IMG/VR virus record: IMGVR_UViG_3300036884_000495
Location: 53,625 to 117,624 of that record
Length of the DNA stretch: 64,000 bases
Origin: a virus
Strand: one strand, 5' to 3'
The translations under genes and the position numbers were made by a program. The notes under the pieces are model-generated. The model searched no databases, was not told where the DNA came from, and saw nothing but the letters and a program-made list of their open reading frames with translations. Of this stretch, positions 54,199 to 63,456 are shown piece after piece (position 1 is the first letter of the stretch; every line of letters starts with the position of its first letter).

Positions 54199-55099
54199 AC
54201 AACAGGATGTCTTTCCGGGTAGCTTCAAGTACACGCCTATCGAGGCGCTGCGAAACCTATTCGTAGGCTTCCTTCAAGGCTTGTTCGGTGCCGCGCCTGT
54301 AGGGTGTTACCACTGGGAAGAGGACCGACAGGTCACGCAGATCATCATCCAGGACGAGGCGCCCGTACAAGAGGAGACGCTGCAACAACGTCCTCTGCTT
54401 GTCATCACGCGCGGCCCCCTCCAGTTCTACTCATTCGGCATGGACGACCTCCTTGAGTACGACGCTGCGATCAACCGCAAGACCAAGAGCATCCTTGTAC
54501 CGGGTACCATCACCATCAATTGCTGTTCACGCGCCTCTATCGAGGCAGAGAACATCGCCTGGGTGGTGGGGGAACACATCTGGCTTCTGCGCGACATACT
54601 GATTCAACACGGGTTGTTCGATACCGGCAGGCAGATTCAGATTGGTGCGCCCACGCCCGCAGGCTCGCTCATCGCCGACGACAACGGCAACAAGTGGGTG
54701 GCTGTCTCTGTGAGCGTGCCCTTCCAGTTCGTTCGTACAAGCTCCCGCACACCGCTTGGAGATGCGATTGTACAGAACATTGTGAATCGTGTGGACATGA
54801 AGTTCCCGAAGCAAGGCAGCACCGGCGGGCCGCCTCAGTACAACAGCCACGAGCAGAACCTGAATGTGACGACGCGCCCCGCGCCTACGCTCATAGAGGC
54901 CCCCGATGCGCGCGGAGGTACAGCGTCGTTCTCGCAGAAGGCGAGCTTCTTGCCGAAGCAAAGACACCCACTCGATCCAAGTCTAGAGGTAACGGTGCGG
55001 ACTGTTCGCCCGTACAGGCCGGGCGTTCGCCCGAATTATACCGCGCCCACTGGTTCGGTTCCCATACCGTATACAGGCGTGGAAGAATCCAATAAGTAG
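54167..55099 (+). CDS. Putative tail terminator/completion protein
   Basis: RPLLVITRG, ITINCCSR...EAENIA pattern; immediately upstream of the sheath gene. Confidence 0.5.
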   Translation: MSNTPRIPGFEQQDVFPGSFKYTPIEALRNLFVGFLQGLFGAAPVGCYHWEEDRQVTQIIIQDEAPVQEETLQQRPLLVITRGPLQFYSFGMDDLLEYDAAINRKTKSILVPGTITINCCSRASIEAENIAWVVGEHIWLLRDILIQHGLFDTGRQIQIGAPTPAGSLIADDNGNKWVAVSVSVPFQFVRTSSRTPLGDAIVQNIVNRVDMKFPKQGSTGGPPQYNSHEQNLNVTTRPAPTLIEAPDARGGTASFSQKASFLPKQRHPLDPSLEVTVRTVRPYRPGVRPNYTAPTGSVPIPYTGVEESNK

Positions 55100-55132
55100 T
55101 CGATCACTGCATGAAAGGAGCGCGCTACTAAT

Positions 55133-58100
55133 ATGGCGGCCACTGCATCCTCCCTCCCGCGCCCCGGTGTTCAAGTCATCCAACAGTTCCGGGCGGTCTC
55201 GCCCACGGTCATTACACCCACCCTCGTTCCTAACGTGGTTGGCGTCTGTAAGCAGATCGTAGACTTGTTGGTTTCTGATGGCGCCGGCGGACAGCTTCTG
55301 AATTCGGACGCACTCATAGACCTCCCTGCGTTCTTCATTTCGGCGCATGCCACAGGCACCCCCCCGGTCTATACGGGCCTCGATGGGGAAGAGTTGGTGC
55401 TGAGCATCAACAATGCGCCAGACATCACCCTGGCTTTCTCTGACCCCGCGGGCAGCGGGCTCACGCCGGCGACGGTGGTGGAGCAGATCAACACGTTGCT
55501 GTCGCAGCAAGGTGTGACGTCAGCGACCGCCATTCTTCTGAGTGCGACCACTTGGGAGTTCGCTACGCTGGGCAAAGGACAGTTCGAATCCATCCTTGTG
55601 GACACCGGCACTTCCCCCTCGTTGGCGACGACCTTTGGCATCGGCATCGGCAAGACCTACGCGGGCATCGGCAACTACGATCAGTTCGCGACGACCATCC
55701 CCGAGGTGGCGTTCCCCGATCCGCGTAGCAACCTTTCCGAGCTTGCTATCGAGGCGGCTACTGTGCGCGTATTTCTGTCGACCGGAAACGGTACTGACAT
55801 CAAAGAAGCACGTCGAACGGAATCTTTTCTTCGCCGAGGCAGCGTCCAAGAAGCCGCCACCCTTGTGACCACTACGGACCTCTCCAGCCTCCAATATGGA
55901 AGCGGACTAGGCACGTACACGAATACCTTCGGCACGAAGACGCTGATTGTGGTTGACGACGGCGGCGCTGCCCAGACGATCACCTTTGCCAATCCGCTGA
56001 GCGACGACGCTGTGCTCTCCCAGATCAACGCGCAGTTGTCTGGTGCAGAAGCCACAATGGATACCGGACACCACTTGGTGTTGACCGACGATCTGACAGG
56101 CGCCGCGAGCTCCCTCACGGTGGTTGCAACCAGCACGATCCTATCGGGCGGTATCGCATTCTCGGCGCTCACCAGTACTGGCGTCAGCATCGCTGCCGTC
56201 GATTCAGGCGCAGGCGGCGCATACACGTCAGTCCTCGAGTTCGCAGGCGCGAACTTCACGGCAGCCGCTACGCACGCCGTGCTTACTGGGTCCGCAGCGC
56301 CCACCCTTCCCCCTGTTGCGGGGTCGACACTGGTTATCAGTGACGGCAACCAGCCGCAGACCATTACGTTCGCCGGCACAGAGTCGACCTTCTCGCTCTT
56401 GAAGGCGGCCATAGAAGCGGTTGTGGGCGCGGCAGCGGGCGGCAACATCACGGTGACCGAAGCTACAGGCGTCATCTTCACGAACAGCACCTATGAGGGG
56501 GATGAGTCCATCATCCACGTCATCGGCGGCACCGCCCTCTCGCATATCGACCCGGGGGTTACACCCACGATCATTGCTGGCATCGACGTGCGCGGCAACC
56601 CCTACGCCCCTCGGCCGGGCGACGAGATCTGGATCGACGGCGTTCTCTACGCGCTTGTCAACAAGGTCGCACCGGGTGGCAACACCGCGCGATTGAGCAT
56701 CAATAAGCAGGTGCCCATCTCCGCGAACGTGGGTACGTACTACTTCATCCAAGCTAAGAACCTCGTGTTCCCTGCGTTGGTGGGGCGTCCTTACCCAGAC
56801 CTCACACTTGATCTCGCAGACAACGTGACCGTCAAACCCAGCATCCTGCGCGACTACGCCGGCACGCCTGTGAACGTGACGACCCCGTTGTACCTGTCCT
56901 ATCGTGCAGTCCGCGAGGATACGACCGCGATCGCAAATGACCCCGGTCTTCTTCGCTTTGACAACACGACCGACTTGGAGGCCGCTATTGGGCCTATCAC
57001 CGCAGAAAACCCCTTGGCTCTGGGCTTGTACTTCGCCCTGATCAACGGGCCGGGCATTCAAGTTACGGGCCTCGGCGTCGACGCAGTCACCGACCTTGCG
57101 CCTTTCGGTACGGTGGAAGCGTACACACGCGCCGCCGAATTCCTAGAGGGCTTCGAGGTGTATGCCATCGCCCTTCTGACTCACGATGAGAGCGTCGCGC
57201 AGGTGTTCAACACCCACGTGCAGTTCATGTCGGAGCCCACCTCGCGCGGGGAACGCATCGTCTTGTGGAATCCCAAGATGCCGGCCAACGCACTCAACGC
57301 CCTGGTCGCCAGCGGCACCAATGGAGATGCACTGGGAACTGCCATCTTCGACACGAAGGTGGTCAACGTCTCCACCCTCTTGCAGAACGCGGGCATCTCT
57401 CCTGTCGGTACCATCCCGGTTGCTGCGGGCGTCTTCCTTGAGGTGGCGACCAGCAGCCTCTTGTACTCCGTCAAGTCCATCAGCGGTGCGCAGGTCACGG
57501 TCCGTACAACGGCCGTCGAATTCGCAAACGGCTCGAATGATGACAACTTCTACGCGGAGACAACGTTGCCGTTGCCCCTCATCGCGTCGACGTTCTCCAT
57601 CCAAGTACGCGGCAAGAAGTTGGTGACGTTGGCAGGTACTCCTGACAGGGACGCCATTGCCAGCACCGTCAACGAACTGGGTAAGTCCTTCGGACAACGG
57701 CGCTTCTGGATGACCGTCCCCGATCGCTGCGCAGCGACCCTCGGCGGCGTCGAACAGATCATCGACGGCTTCTACATGGCAGCTGCCACCGTGGGCGCCA
57801 TCGGACAGCAACCCCCACAACAAAGCTTCACCAACTTCCCCATCACAGGCTTCACGCGCGTGATTGGAAGCAACAGTGCAAGCGGCACCAAGGGCGCAAG
57901 CTTCAGCGAGAAACAACTCGATGTCATGGCAGGAGGTGGCGCGTACATCTTCATCCAAGACTCCACGGCCTCTCCCGCCTACGCACGCATGGCGCTCACT
58001 ACAGATCTCACCAGCGTGGAAACGCGCACAGACTCCATCACCAAAGTTGTCGACTTCACCGCGAAGTTCATGCGCTCCTCGCTCAAGAACTTCATCGGGC

Positions 58101-58306
58101 GCTTCAACATCACACAAGGCTTCTTGGACTCGCTCGGAACAACTATCCAAGGCTTGTTCGGATTCCTCACGGAGACCGGCGTTCTGATCGGCGGCTCTCT
58201 GAACAACGTCATTCAAGACGAGAACAACCGAGACACCGTCCTACTGGACACCGTTTTGGACGTTCCGGTGCCCTGCAACTACCTCAGGCTCACGTTAGTT
58301 GTCTGA
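55133..58306 (+). CDS. Contractile tail sheath protein
   Basis: N-terminal RPGVQVIQ; C-terminal sheath-type domain (HVQFMS...ERI, TNFPITGF, QLDVMAGGG, SITKVVDF, FIGRFNIT, VPVPCNYLRLTL); AAGGAG RBS. Confidence 0.88.
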   Translation: MAATASSLPRPGVQVIQQFRAVSPTVITPTLVPNVVGVCKQIVDLLVSDGAGGQLLNSDALIDLPAFFISAHATGTPPVYTGLDGEELVLSINNAPDITLAFSDPAGSGLTPATVVEQINTLLSQQGVTSATAILLSATTWEFATLGKGQFESILVDTGTSPSLATTFGIGIGKTYAGIGNYDQFATTIPEVAFPDPRSNLSELAIEAATVRVFLSTGNGTDIKEARRTESFLRRGSVQEAATLVTTTDLSSLQYGSGLGTYTNTFGTKTLIVVDDGGAAQTITFANPLSDDAVLSQINAQLSGAEATMDTGHHLVLTDDLTGAASSLTVVATSTILSGGIAFSALTSTGVSIAAVDSGAGGAYTSVLEFAGANFTAAATHAVLTGSAAPTLPPVAGSTLVISDGNQPQTITFAGTESTFSLLKAAIEAVVGAAAGGNITVTEATGVIFTNSTYEGDESIIHVIGGTALSHIDPGVTPTIIAGIDVRGNPYAPRPGDEIWIDGVLYALVNKVAPGGNTARLSINKQVPISANVGTYYFIQAKNLVFPALVGRPYPDLTLDLADNVTVKPSILRDYAGTPVNVTTPLYLSYRAVREDTTAIANDPGLLRFDNTTDLEAAIGPITAENPLALGLYFALINGPGIQVTGLGVDAVTDLAPFGTVEAYTRAAEFLEGFEVYAIALLTHDESVAQVFNTHVQFMSEPTSRGERIVLWNPKMPANALNALVASGTNGDALGTAIFDTKVVNVSTLLQNAGISPVGTIPVAAGVFLEVATSSLLYSVKSISGAQVTVRTTAVEFANGSNDDNFYAETTLPLPLIASTFSIQVRGKKLVTLAGTPDRDAIASTVNELGKSFGQRRFWMTVPDRCAATLGGVEQIIDGFYMAAATVGAIGQQPPQQSFTNFPITGFTRVIGSNSASGTKGASFSEKQLDVMAGGGAYIFIQDSTASPAYARMALTTDLTSVETRTDSITKVVDFTAKFMRSSLKNFIGRFNITQGFLDSLGTTIQGLFGFLTETGVLIGGSLNNVIQDENNRDTVLLDTVLDVPVPCNYLRLTLVV

Positions 58307-58327
58307 TGCCGTTAGGTAGAATCCTTC

Positions 58328-58357
58328 GAGGGCGGGGATTCTTCCCCTCTTCTTTTA
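58328..58357 (+). terminator. Possible weak terminator/hairpin between sheath and tube genes
   Basis: GGGGA-TTC-TTCCCC stem followed by TCTTCTTTT. Confidence 0.4.
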
Positions 58358-58380
58358 GCCATAGAAAGAGAAGCTGAGCA

Positions 58381-59190
58381 ATGTCTGGGAACTTCAGTGA
58401 CTGGTCACCATATAATTCGTACGTACAATCCGGATTGGTTGACGGTCAATACGTCAACGCCGGATTCATGCTGCTTGCTGCGGGTCCGCCGCGCATCTCC
58501 AACATCGGAGGAGCGGCGTCTTTCGCGCAAGCGATTAGCGGCAACGGGCAGGCAGCCAACCAGATTGTGTTGCCGATCGGCGTGCTCCAAAGTTTCAACC
58601 TTGGGCACAACCGGCAGTTCAGTCGCATCTTCGAAATCGGCTCCGAGCGTTCCTACTTCATCTCAGGGCGCACGGTCGGTCAGCTCGGTCTTGGTCGCGT
58701 GTACTACCACGGGGCTTCGCTGCTTCGTATCTTGTACGCCTACTACCAGGATGCGATCGGACCGACGGTTGTCCCCTCGATGTGGCCGAACGCAGGTTCG
58801 AAGACACAGAGCAACCCGCACGACGTCATCATCCCTCCGGGGTATGAGAACTTGTTCTTCAACCTGGCCTCCGACTTGTTCGCGCAACCAATCGGTATCT
58901 TGATGTACGTCCGCGACTGCAATCAAGACGCACTTGGCGCCCTCTACTTCGAGGCGTGCTACTTGCCGAACCACTCCATCGCCACGGACAGCCAGGGTGT
59001 TCTTCTTCAAGAGAACGTCGCCGTGCAGTTCGAGCGCGCGGTGCCAGTGGCTATCAGCCAGCTCACGCTCATCTCGTCGAACTCCAGCAGCAATGCAGGC
59101 GGCGGGAACTTGTCGAGTACCTACTTGGGTATCCCCGACGCGCCTACCCGCAACGGTGGCGGACAAACCACAATCGCAGGAACGGCATAG
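58381..59190 (+). CDS. Tail tube protein
   Basis: Follows the sheath gene; IGVLQSF...RIFEIGS...YFEACY...ENVAVQFER pattern of myovirus tube proteins. Confidence 0.75.
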   Translation: MSGNFSDWSPYNSYVQSGLVDGQYVNAGFMLLAAGPPRISNIGGAASFAQAISGNGQAANQIVLPIGVLQSFNLGHNRQFSRIFEIGSERSYFISGRTVGQLGLGRVYYHGASLLRILYAYYQDAIGPTVVPSMWPNAGSKTQSNPHDVIIPPGYENLFFNLASDLFAQPIGILMYVRDCNQDALGALYFEACYLPNHSIATDSQGVLLQENVAVQFERAVPVAISQLTLISSNSSSNAGGGNLSSTYLGIPDAPTRNGGGQTTIAGTA

Positions 59191-59202
59191 TAGGAGTCAC
59201 CG

Positions 59203-59622
59203 ATGGCTACGCTCATTCCGTTTCAAGCTTCTCTCGATGTGCAGTCACCTCTCATGCAGGGGCTGCCCAATGCGGACTTGCCCCTCCAGTTCGTTGCACA
59301 GTTCACGCACAGGGCGGACTTCCGCATCGAGGAGACGGGCACAGGAACAAAGACCCTGGACCTGGGCTCTCTTGGTACGAGTGGCGGGAACGGGGCGAAG
59401 TTCCTCCTCATCTCCATCGACTACGACTCCAGCTCCGCGGCTTTGCCGGTGCGAGTGTCCTTGGGTCAGGGTGGTTCTACACCCCCTACTCCCACGCCTA
59501 TCGAAGTCTCTCCAGGCGGCTGGATCTGCCTGGCAAGTCCTCGTCCTACCGTCACAGGTGTCATCGACGTGACCATGGCGTGGTCAAGCAGCTTCCACGG
59601 TTATGTGTGGGTACTGGGGTGA
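59203..59622 (+). CDS. Hypothetical beta-rich virion protein
   Basis: AGGAG RBS, 139 aa. Confidence 0.65.
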   Translation: MATLIPFQASLDVQSPLMQGLPNADLPLQFVAQFTHRADFRIEETGTGTKTLDLGSLGTSGGNGAKFLLISIDYDSSSAALPVRVSLGQGGSTPPTPTPIEVSPGGWICLASPRPTVTGVIDVTMAWSSSFHGYVWVLG

Positions 59623-59625
59623 TCT

Positions 59626-60048
59626 ATGTACTACGAAGGCACGGACAAGACAGCAGAGATCGCCGCAACAGCGGCGAGTGTCATCATCAAGGATAGTATC
59701 CTTGGCTCGCTGCTGCTCGTGGCCGTCGTAGGCATTGTCTTTCTGATTCGTCGGCTACTCGCGGTACAAGACCTGCGGGTAGTCGATCAAGTGCGCTCCA
59801 ATGAGATCATGGAGCGGTCTCGTGAGAAGACCGTGGTTCTCATGGAGCATGTGTCGAAGGCGTCGAATGAGGTGAACTCCGCCCTCGATCGCTTTACAGA
59901 CGTACAAGCAGATACCGTCAAAGCTGTCAGCGAACTACGCGTGGCGCTTATGAATCTGCAGAACACAATGGACAGTGTTATACGGGACGCGGTTCGCGGG
60001 CGCTCCTCTGGAGGTTCTTCCTCGTCACCCTCTAATCGGCAAACGTGA
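59626..60048 (+). CDS. Membrane protein with C-terminal coiled coil (holin-like candidate)
   Basis: Single TM segment ILGSLLLVAVVGIVFLI followed by RR and a heptad-like region. Confidence 0.55.
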   Translation: MYYEGTDKTAEIAATAASVIIKDSILGSLLLVAVVGIVFLIRRLLAVQDLRVVDQVRSNEIMERSREKTVVLMEHVSKASNEVNSALDRFTDVQADTVKAVSELRVALMNLQNTMDSVIRDAVRGRSSGGSSSSPSNRQT

Positions 60049-60087
60049 ACCACAAGTAGCAACTTGCGGGGAGGGGGGCAGGGGGCC

Positions 60088-60654
60088 ATGAGTGTGTTCG
60101 TTATCTTCTACAAGCTGCTGGGCCGCGTGCCCGTAGAGTCGGACCTTCGTTTTGAACGAAACATTCAGGCCGTTGAGGATCAGCTCCCGGAATTAGAACG
60201 TCTGCAGGCAAATTTAGCGGCCATCGGCAGAAAAGTGACGCAGGCTAAGAGTAGAATACAAGCATCTACTGTGTCCTCGGGTGAGTCTGGCGAGCACCCA
60301 CAACGAGGCACGAAGAAGCCGAAAGAGAGAGCCGCTATGTCGAATGGAAACGAAGGGCCTGTGAAAGACTGTCCGTTTGGTGGAGTACGCGAGTCGCAGA
60401 TCCTGCGGCGTAGAGACCTACTGGATCTCACAACCGCGTTCCAGGAATCCTTCGCACCCATAAAGGACTTGGTACAGTACCAACAGCGCCAGGGTTCTGT
60501 TTGTGATCGCCTGCAGTACTGGATCGTTGTCCTCGTCGCGGTAACGGTCGTGGGTGTTGTGATGCAGGTAGCGGCCCTCGCTGTACTTGCGCACACGGTG
60601 TTCAGTGCGCAGCCCTCCCCTTCTTCCGCCCCGACCGCGCACCTGATACCGTAA
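60088..60654 (+). CDS. Hypothetical membrane protein (C-terminal TM helix)
   Basis: GGAGG upstream; WIVVLVAVTVVGVVMQVAALAVLA; possible second in-frame start at 60337. Confidence 0.55.
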   Translation: MSVFVIFYKLLGRVPVESDLRFERNIQAVEDQLPELERLQANLAAIGRKVTQAKSRIQASTVSSGESGEHPQRGTKKPKERAAMSNGNEGPVKDCPFGGVRESQILRRRDLLDLTTAFQESFAPIKDLVQYQQRQGSVCDRLQYWIVVLVAVTVVGVVMQVAALAVLAHTVFSAQPSPSSAPTAHLIP

Positions 60655-60658
60655 GAGG

Positions 60659-61495
60659 ATGCGCAAGCTAGCCGACGACTACGCGTTCCCACAGATGCCG
60701 CAACGGATGTTGTCACGGCTGCCTCCGTTGCCGCTCTCTATGGGCGCACGCGTAGGCTTGTCGCTGATACAAGACCCAGAGCGTATCGAGGACCTGCGTG
60801 CGCAGGCGAACGCGCTCACGCAACAACTGCGGATGAATGAGGAGATGCGCATGTCCCAAACCGTTGAAAACCTTGGTGGCCCGGGTTCCGGGCGGGCGCG
60901 CTACATGCGTGCCGTGATGACGACCCCTTACGCCGTCAGCCCCTTGATGCCGTACATGCAGCACGGGATGATGGGGCAGCTCCCTCCGGGAGTGGGCGCC
61001 ACGCACACAATGCCTACCGAACTGGATCTGCGTGCAGGCGAACCAGATCCCGAGATGACTGCCTTGGACCAGGGGATTACGAGCACCGCCTCTGTGAAGG
61101 TGGCGGCCGCCATCGGTAGAAGCCTGGCGATGAAGATCGCCAACCCATATCCGCCCCAGTACGAACAGCAGCAACAGTATGAGCCCCAGTACGAACAAGA
61201 GCCGCAGCAACAGTACGTGAACGCTGTGCAGGCTCCAGAAGCAGGTACGCTCGGCGCTGTGGGGCAGCATCTTCGCGGAGCCGCAGGCGGGCTGGGGACA
61301 GTACTCGGAGAGACTGCCCTGGCGGGTGGACACGCACTACTGGCGGCTGGTAAGGGAATAGGGAGCGTAGCGAATCGGGTGGCTGGGCACGCCCGCAACT
61401 ACATGGAGACGGATACCCCTGGTGGGCGTCGGTGGGGAACAGGTGCTACACCCGCTGCCTTCACCAACGAATACGGCCAGCCTGTATACGGCTAG
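60659..61495 (+). CDS. Hypothetical virion-type protein with KxA motifs, QYE repeats and Gly-rich segment
   Basis: KLAD, KVAAAIGRSLAMKIA, PQYEQ repeats, GAAGGLG segment. Confidence 0.65.
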   Translation: MRKLADDYAFPQMPQRMLSRLPPLPLSMGARVGLSLIQDPERIEDLRAQANALTQQLRMNEEMRMSQTVENLGGPGSGRARYMRAVMTTPYAVSPLMPYMQHGMMGQLPPGVGATHTMPTELDLRAGEPDPEMTALDQGITSTASVKVAAAIGRSLAMKIANPYPPQYEQQQQYEPQYEQEPQQQYVNAVQAPEAGTLGAVGQHLRGAAGGLGTVLGETALAGGHALLAAGKGIGSVANRVAGHARNYMETDTPGGRRWGTGATPAAFTNEYGQPVYG

Positions 61496-61496
61496 A

Positions 61497-61864
61497 CCCT
61501 GAGAGATTCTGTATCTGAGAGTGATCTGAGAGCTGTCTGAAAAGGGGAGGCGGGTACCATTTTATTTTCTGTGAGGTATCAGCTCCCTCTCAGTTCTCTA
61601 AATTCACTCTGGTGAAATCCGAGGAGGAGGACCACTTTAATTTCTGTAAGACATCAACTTAATTAAAGTACTCAGAGAGTATCTATAGATCCAAATGTTA
61701 AGTTGATATCTAATGGAAATTAAAGTGGTCCTCCTCCTCGGAATCAGTCAGGGAGAGTAGAGAGTGAACTGGGGTTAGTTGGTGTCTCCCAGAAAATAAA
61801 TCGATACCCCCCTCCTCCAAATCACTCTCTGTGAAAATTCACAGAAAGAGATACAGACGTCAGG
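61497..61864. repeat. Long AT-rich nested imperfect inverted repeat filling a convergent intergenic region
   Basis: Arms 61618-61662/61698-61742 (41 of 45 complementary, first 27 perfect), 61546-61584/61777-61815, 61517-61525/61821-61829, 61508-61516/61849-61857. Confidence 0.92.
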
Positions 61865-61887
61865 TAACCGATCACCAGTGTCTGCTC

Positions 61888-62310
61888 TTAGAACGAATTC
61901 CGCCACCAGCCTGCTTCCTCTGGTAGCTCGAAGTTCTCCAGGGAGATCTCCTGTCCCTCATTGGGACCCCAGGGAACTTCTTCTTCCTCGGAGTCGTCAC
62001 CGTCTGACTTCGTCAACAACTTTGTGGGTGGTTCGTTGCCAGATGGCTTCGAAGTGTTGGAGTGCGAGACAAAGGTCGGCGTAGCTTGGTTCAGGAGCGT
62101 GCGCTCTTCCTCCGTCAGATCCTGCCAGGTCTTGCTCTTGTTGATCAGGGCCACGAGCAGCGGCAGTAGCTCGTGAGCGTAGTCCTCTGGATGCTCCACG
62201 TAGTCGGCTAGCAGCGCCCGCGGGTCTTCGATCAACGCCGTGAACAAGTTGTTCGACAGCTGCGAACTTTCCGGGAGCTCGGCGAGCGTCTCTTCGAAGG
62301 GTCTCGGCAT
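61888..62310 (-). CDS. Acidic hypothetical protein (140 aa)
   Basis: MPRPFEETLAELPES... typical codon use; start chosen at ATG 62310. Confidence 0.6.
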   Translation of the reverse strand: MPRPFEETLAELPESSQLSNNLFTALIEDPRALLADYVEHPEDYAHELLPLLVALINKSKTWQDLTEEERTLLNQATPTFVSHSNTSKPSGNEPPTKLLTKSDGDDSEEEEVPWGPNEGQEISLENFELPEEAGWWRNSF

Positions 62311-62599
62311 CACAGCCAGTTGCCCCAGAAAGTTCTGGTAGATAGGCTGAAAGACGGCGGGCCGCATACGTCCTTGCAGCATTCGTTCGAGCGAGTTCGT
62401 AGCTCCCCAGGATCTCTTCTCGGTGCTCGGTGAGGAAGCACTCAAGGATGGAACCGAGGATGTGGGCCAGGTTGATGGGCGATTCATTGTTCTCGATCCG
62501 ATGATAGTTGAGAGCCAGAAGCATGCAACACGCGGTCTTCCACAAGCTCGCCGGCAGTACGATGCCTAGTGTGCGCAGTTGTAGTTCGTCGTCATTCAT
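61997..62599 (-). CDS. Hypothetical protein; first 95 aa or so credible, tail overlaps next gene out of frame
   Basis: MNDDELQLRTLGIVLPASLWK resembles a ribbon-helix-helix start; Arg-rich tail looks like shadow frame. Confidence 0.5.
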   Translation of the reverse strand: MNDDELQLRTLGIVLPASLWKTACCMLLALNYHRIENNESPINLAHILGSILECFLTEHREEILGSYELARTNAARTYAARRLSAYLPELSGATGCDAETLRRDARRAPGKFAAVEQLVHGVDRRPAGAASRLRGASRGLRSRATAAARGPDQQEQDLAGSDGGRAHAPEPSYADLCLALQHFEAIWQRTTHKVVDEVRR

Positions 62600-62738
62600 G
62601 GCCGTTTCTTTCTATCGTGCGTAGTGCGTACAAAACTACAGGGGAACGCGGTACAAGAACAACGTATGTTTCAATCGACCGTTTTTGTACTTGCACAAGG
62701 TATAGATCGGTCTTATACGTTTACAAGTACGGCGAGCT

Positions 62739-62999
62739 ATGCAATACAAAGCTGTCACTGTCCTCAAATCAATCCCGTTGTGTGCCGACGATGCGCGGTT
62801 CACAGGGAGAGTGGAGGTGGTCCGAATCTCCTCGGACCGCAAGCCTACAACGATAGGAATGCGCCTATTCGTGGGCGAGCACAATCACTATGTCATCGTA
62901 CCTCGCCACAGGACCGCGGAGATCATCTCGGCCCTCGAACAAGCAAGCAAGGAAGCATCAGCGGCCTATTTACAGCTGATAAAGGATATGAACCCATGA
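62739..62999 (+). CDS. Hypothetical protein (86 aa)
   Basis: ATGA overlap with the following gene. Confidence 0.55.
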   Translation: MQYKAVTVLKSIPLCADDARFTGRVEVVRISSDRKPTTIGMRLFVGEHNHYVIVPRHRTAEIISALEQASKEASAAYLQLIKDMNP

Positions 63000-63439
63000 C
63001 TGACGACGCCCTCACTACGTTCAAGAACAAACTCACTGCCGGCGGCTACGCAGTAGTCACAGGCGCCCGCCGTGCGATCGGCAAGTTCCGCAACATCACC
63101 GATGCGGACAAGGCAAAGATGCACGACCTCGCCAACAAGCACTTCAACGTGCTTCCCGGCAAGCCCAAAGGCGCATCGGCGCCCGTGGTGGCTGCGAAGC
63201 CCGCCGCGAAGAAACCTGCCGCCCCTGCACCGAAGGCATTGCCCCCGGTGAAGAAGGCCGCTGTCGCCCCGAAGGCACTGCCAGCCGCAAAGGCTGCTGC
63301 GCCCAATGTCGCCGCGAAGAAGGAGGTGGCGCCCAAGGCAGCCCCAAAAGCGCCACGCGCAAGCCGCAGCCAGAAGCCGTCTGTGCCGGTGAAGTCCTCG
63401 TCGCCAGCAAAGCGGCAGACGCGAGCCACGAGCAAGTAA
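62996..63439 (+). CDS. Histone H1-like Lys/Ala/Pro-rich DNA-binding protein
   Basis: AAGGA RBS; small globular N-terminus, then AAKPAAKKPAAPAPKALP repeats. Confidence 0.7.
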   Translation: MTDDALTTFKNKLTAGGYAVVTGARRAIGKFRNITDADKAKMHDLANKHFNVLPGKPKGASAPVVAAKPAAKKPAAPAPKALPPVKKAAVAPKALPAAKAAAPNVAAKKEVAPKAAPKAPRASRSQKPSVPVKSSSPAKRQTRATSK

Positions 63440-63456
63440 TAACAGTTGATCGCGCG

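Noticed and set aside
55133-59190. T6SS, tailocin or extracellular contractile injection system
   Set aside because: Portal, terminase, protease and capsid genes are present, indicating a complete phage
60068-60085. G-rich run as a G-quadruplex regulatory element
   Set aside because: Only three clear G tracts, and it coincides with the RBS of ORF 60088
62624-62995. N-terminal extension of the H1-like ORF given by the ORF track
   Set aside because: Overlaps the 62739..62999 gene; the ATGA-coupled start with RBS at 62996 is better
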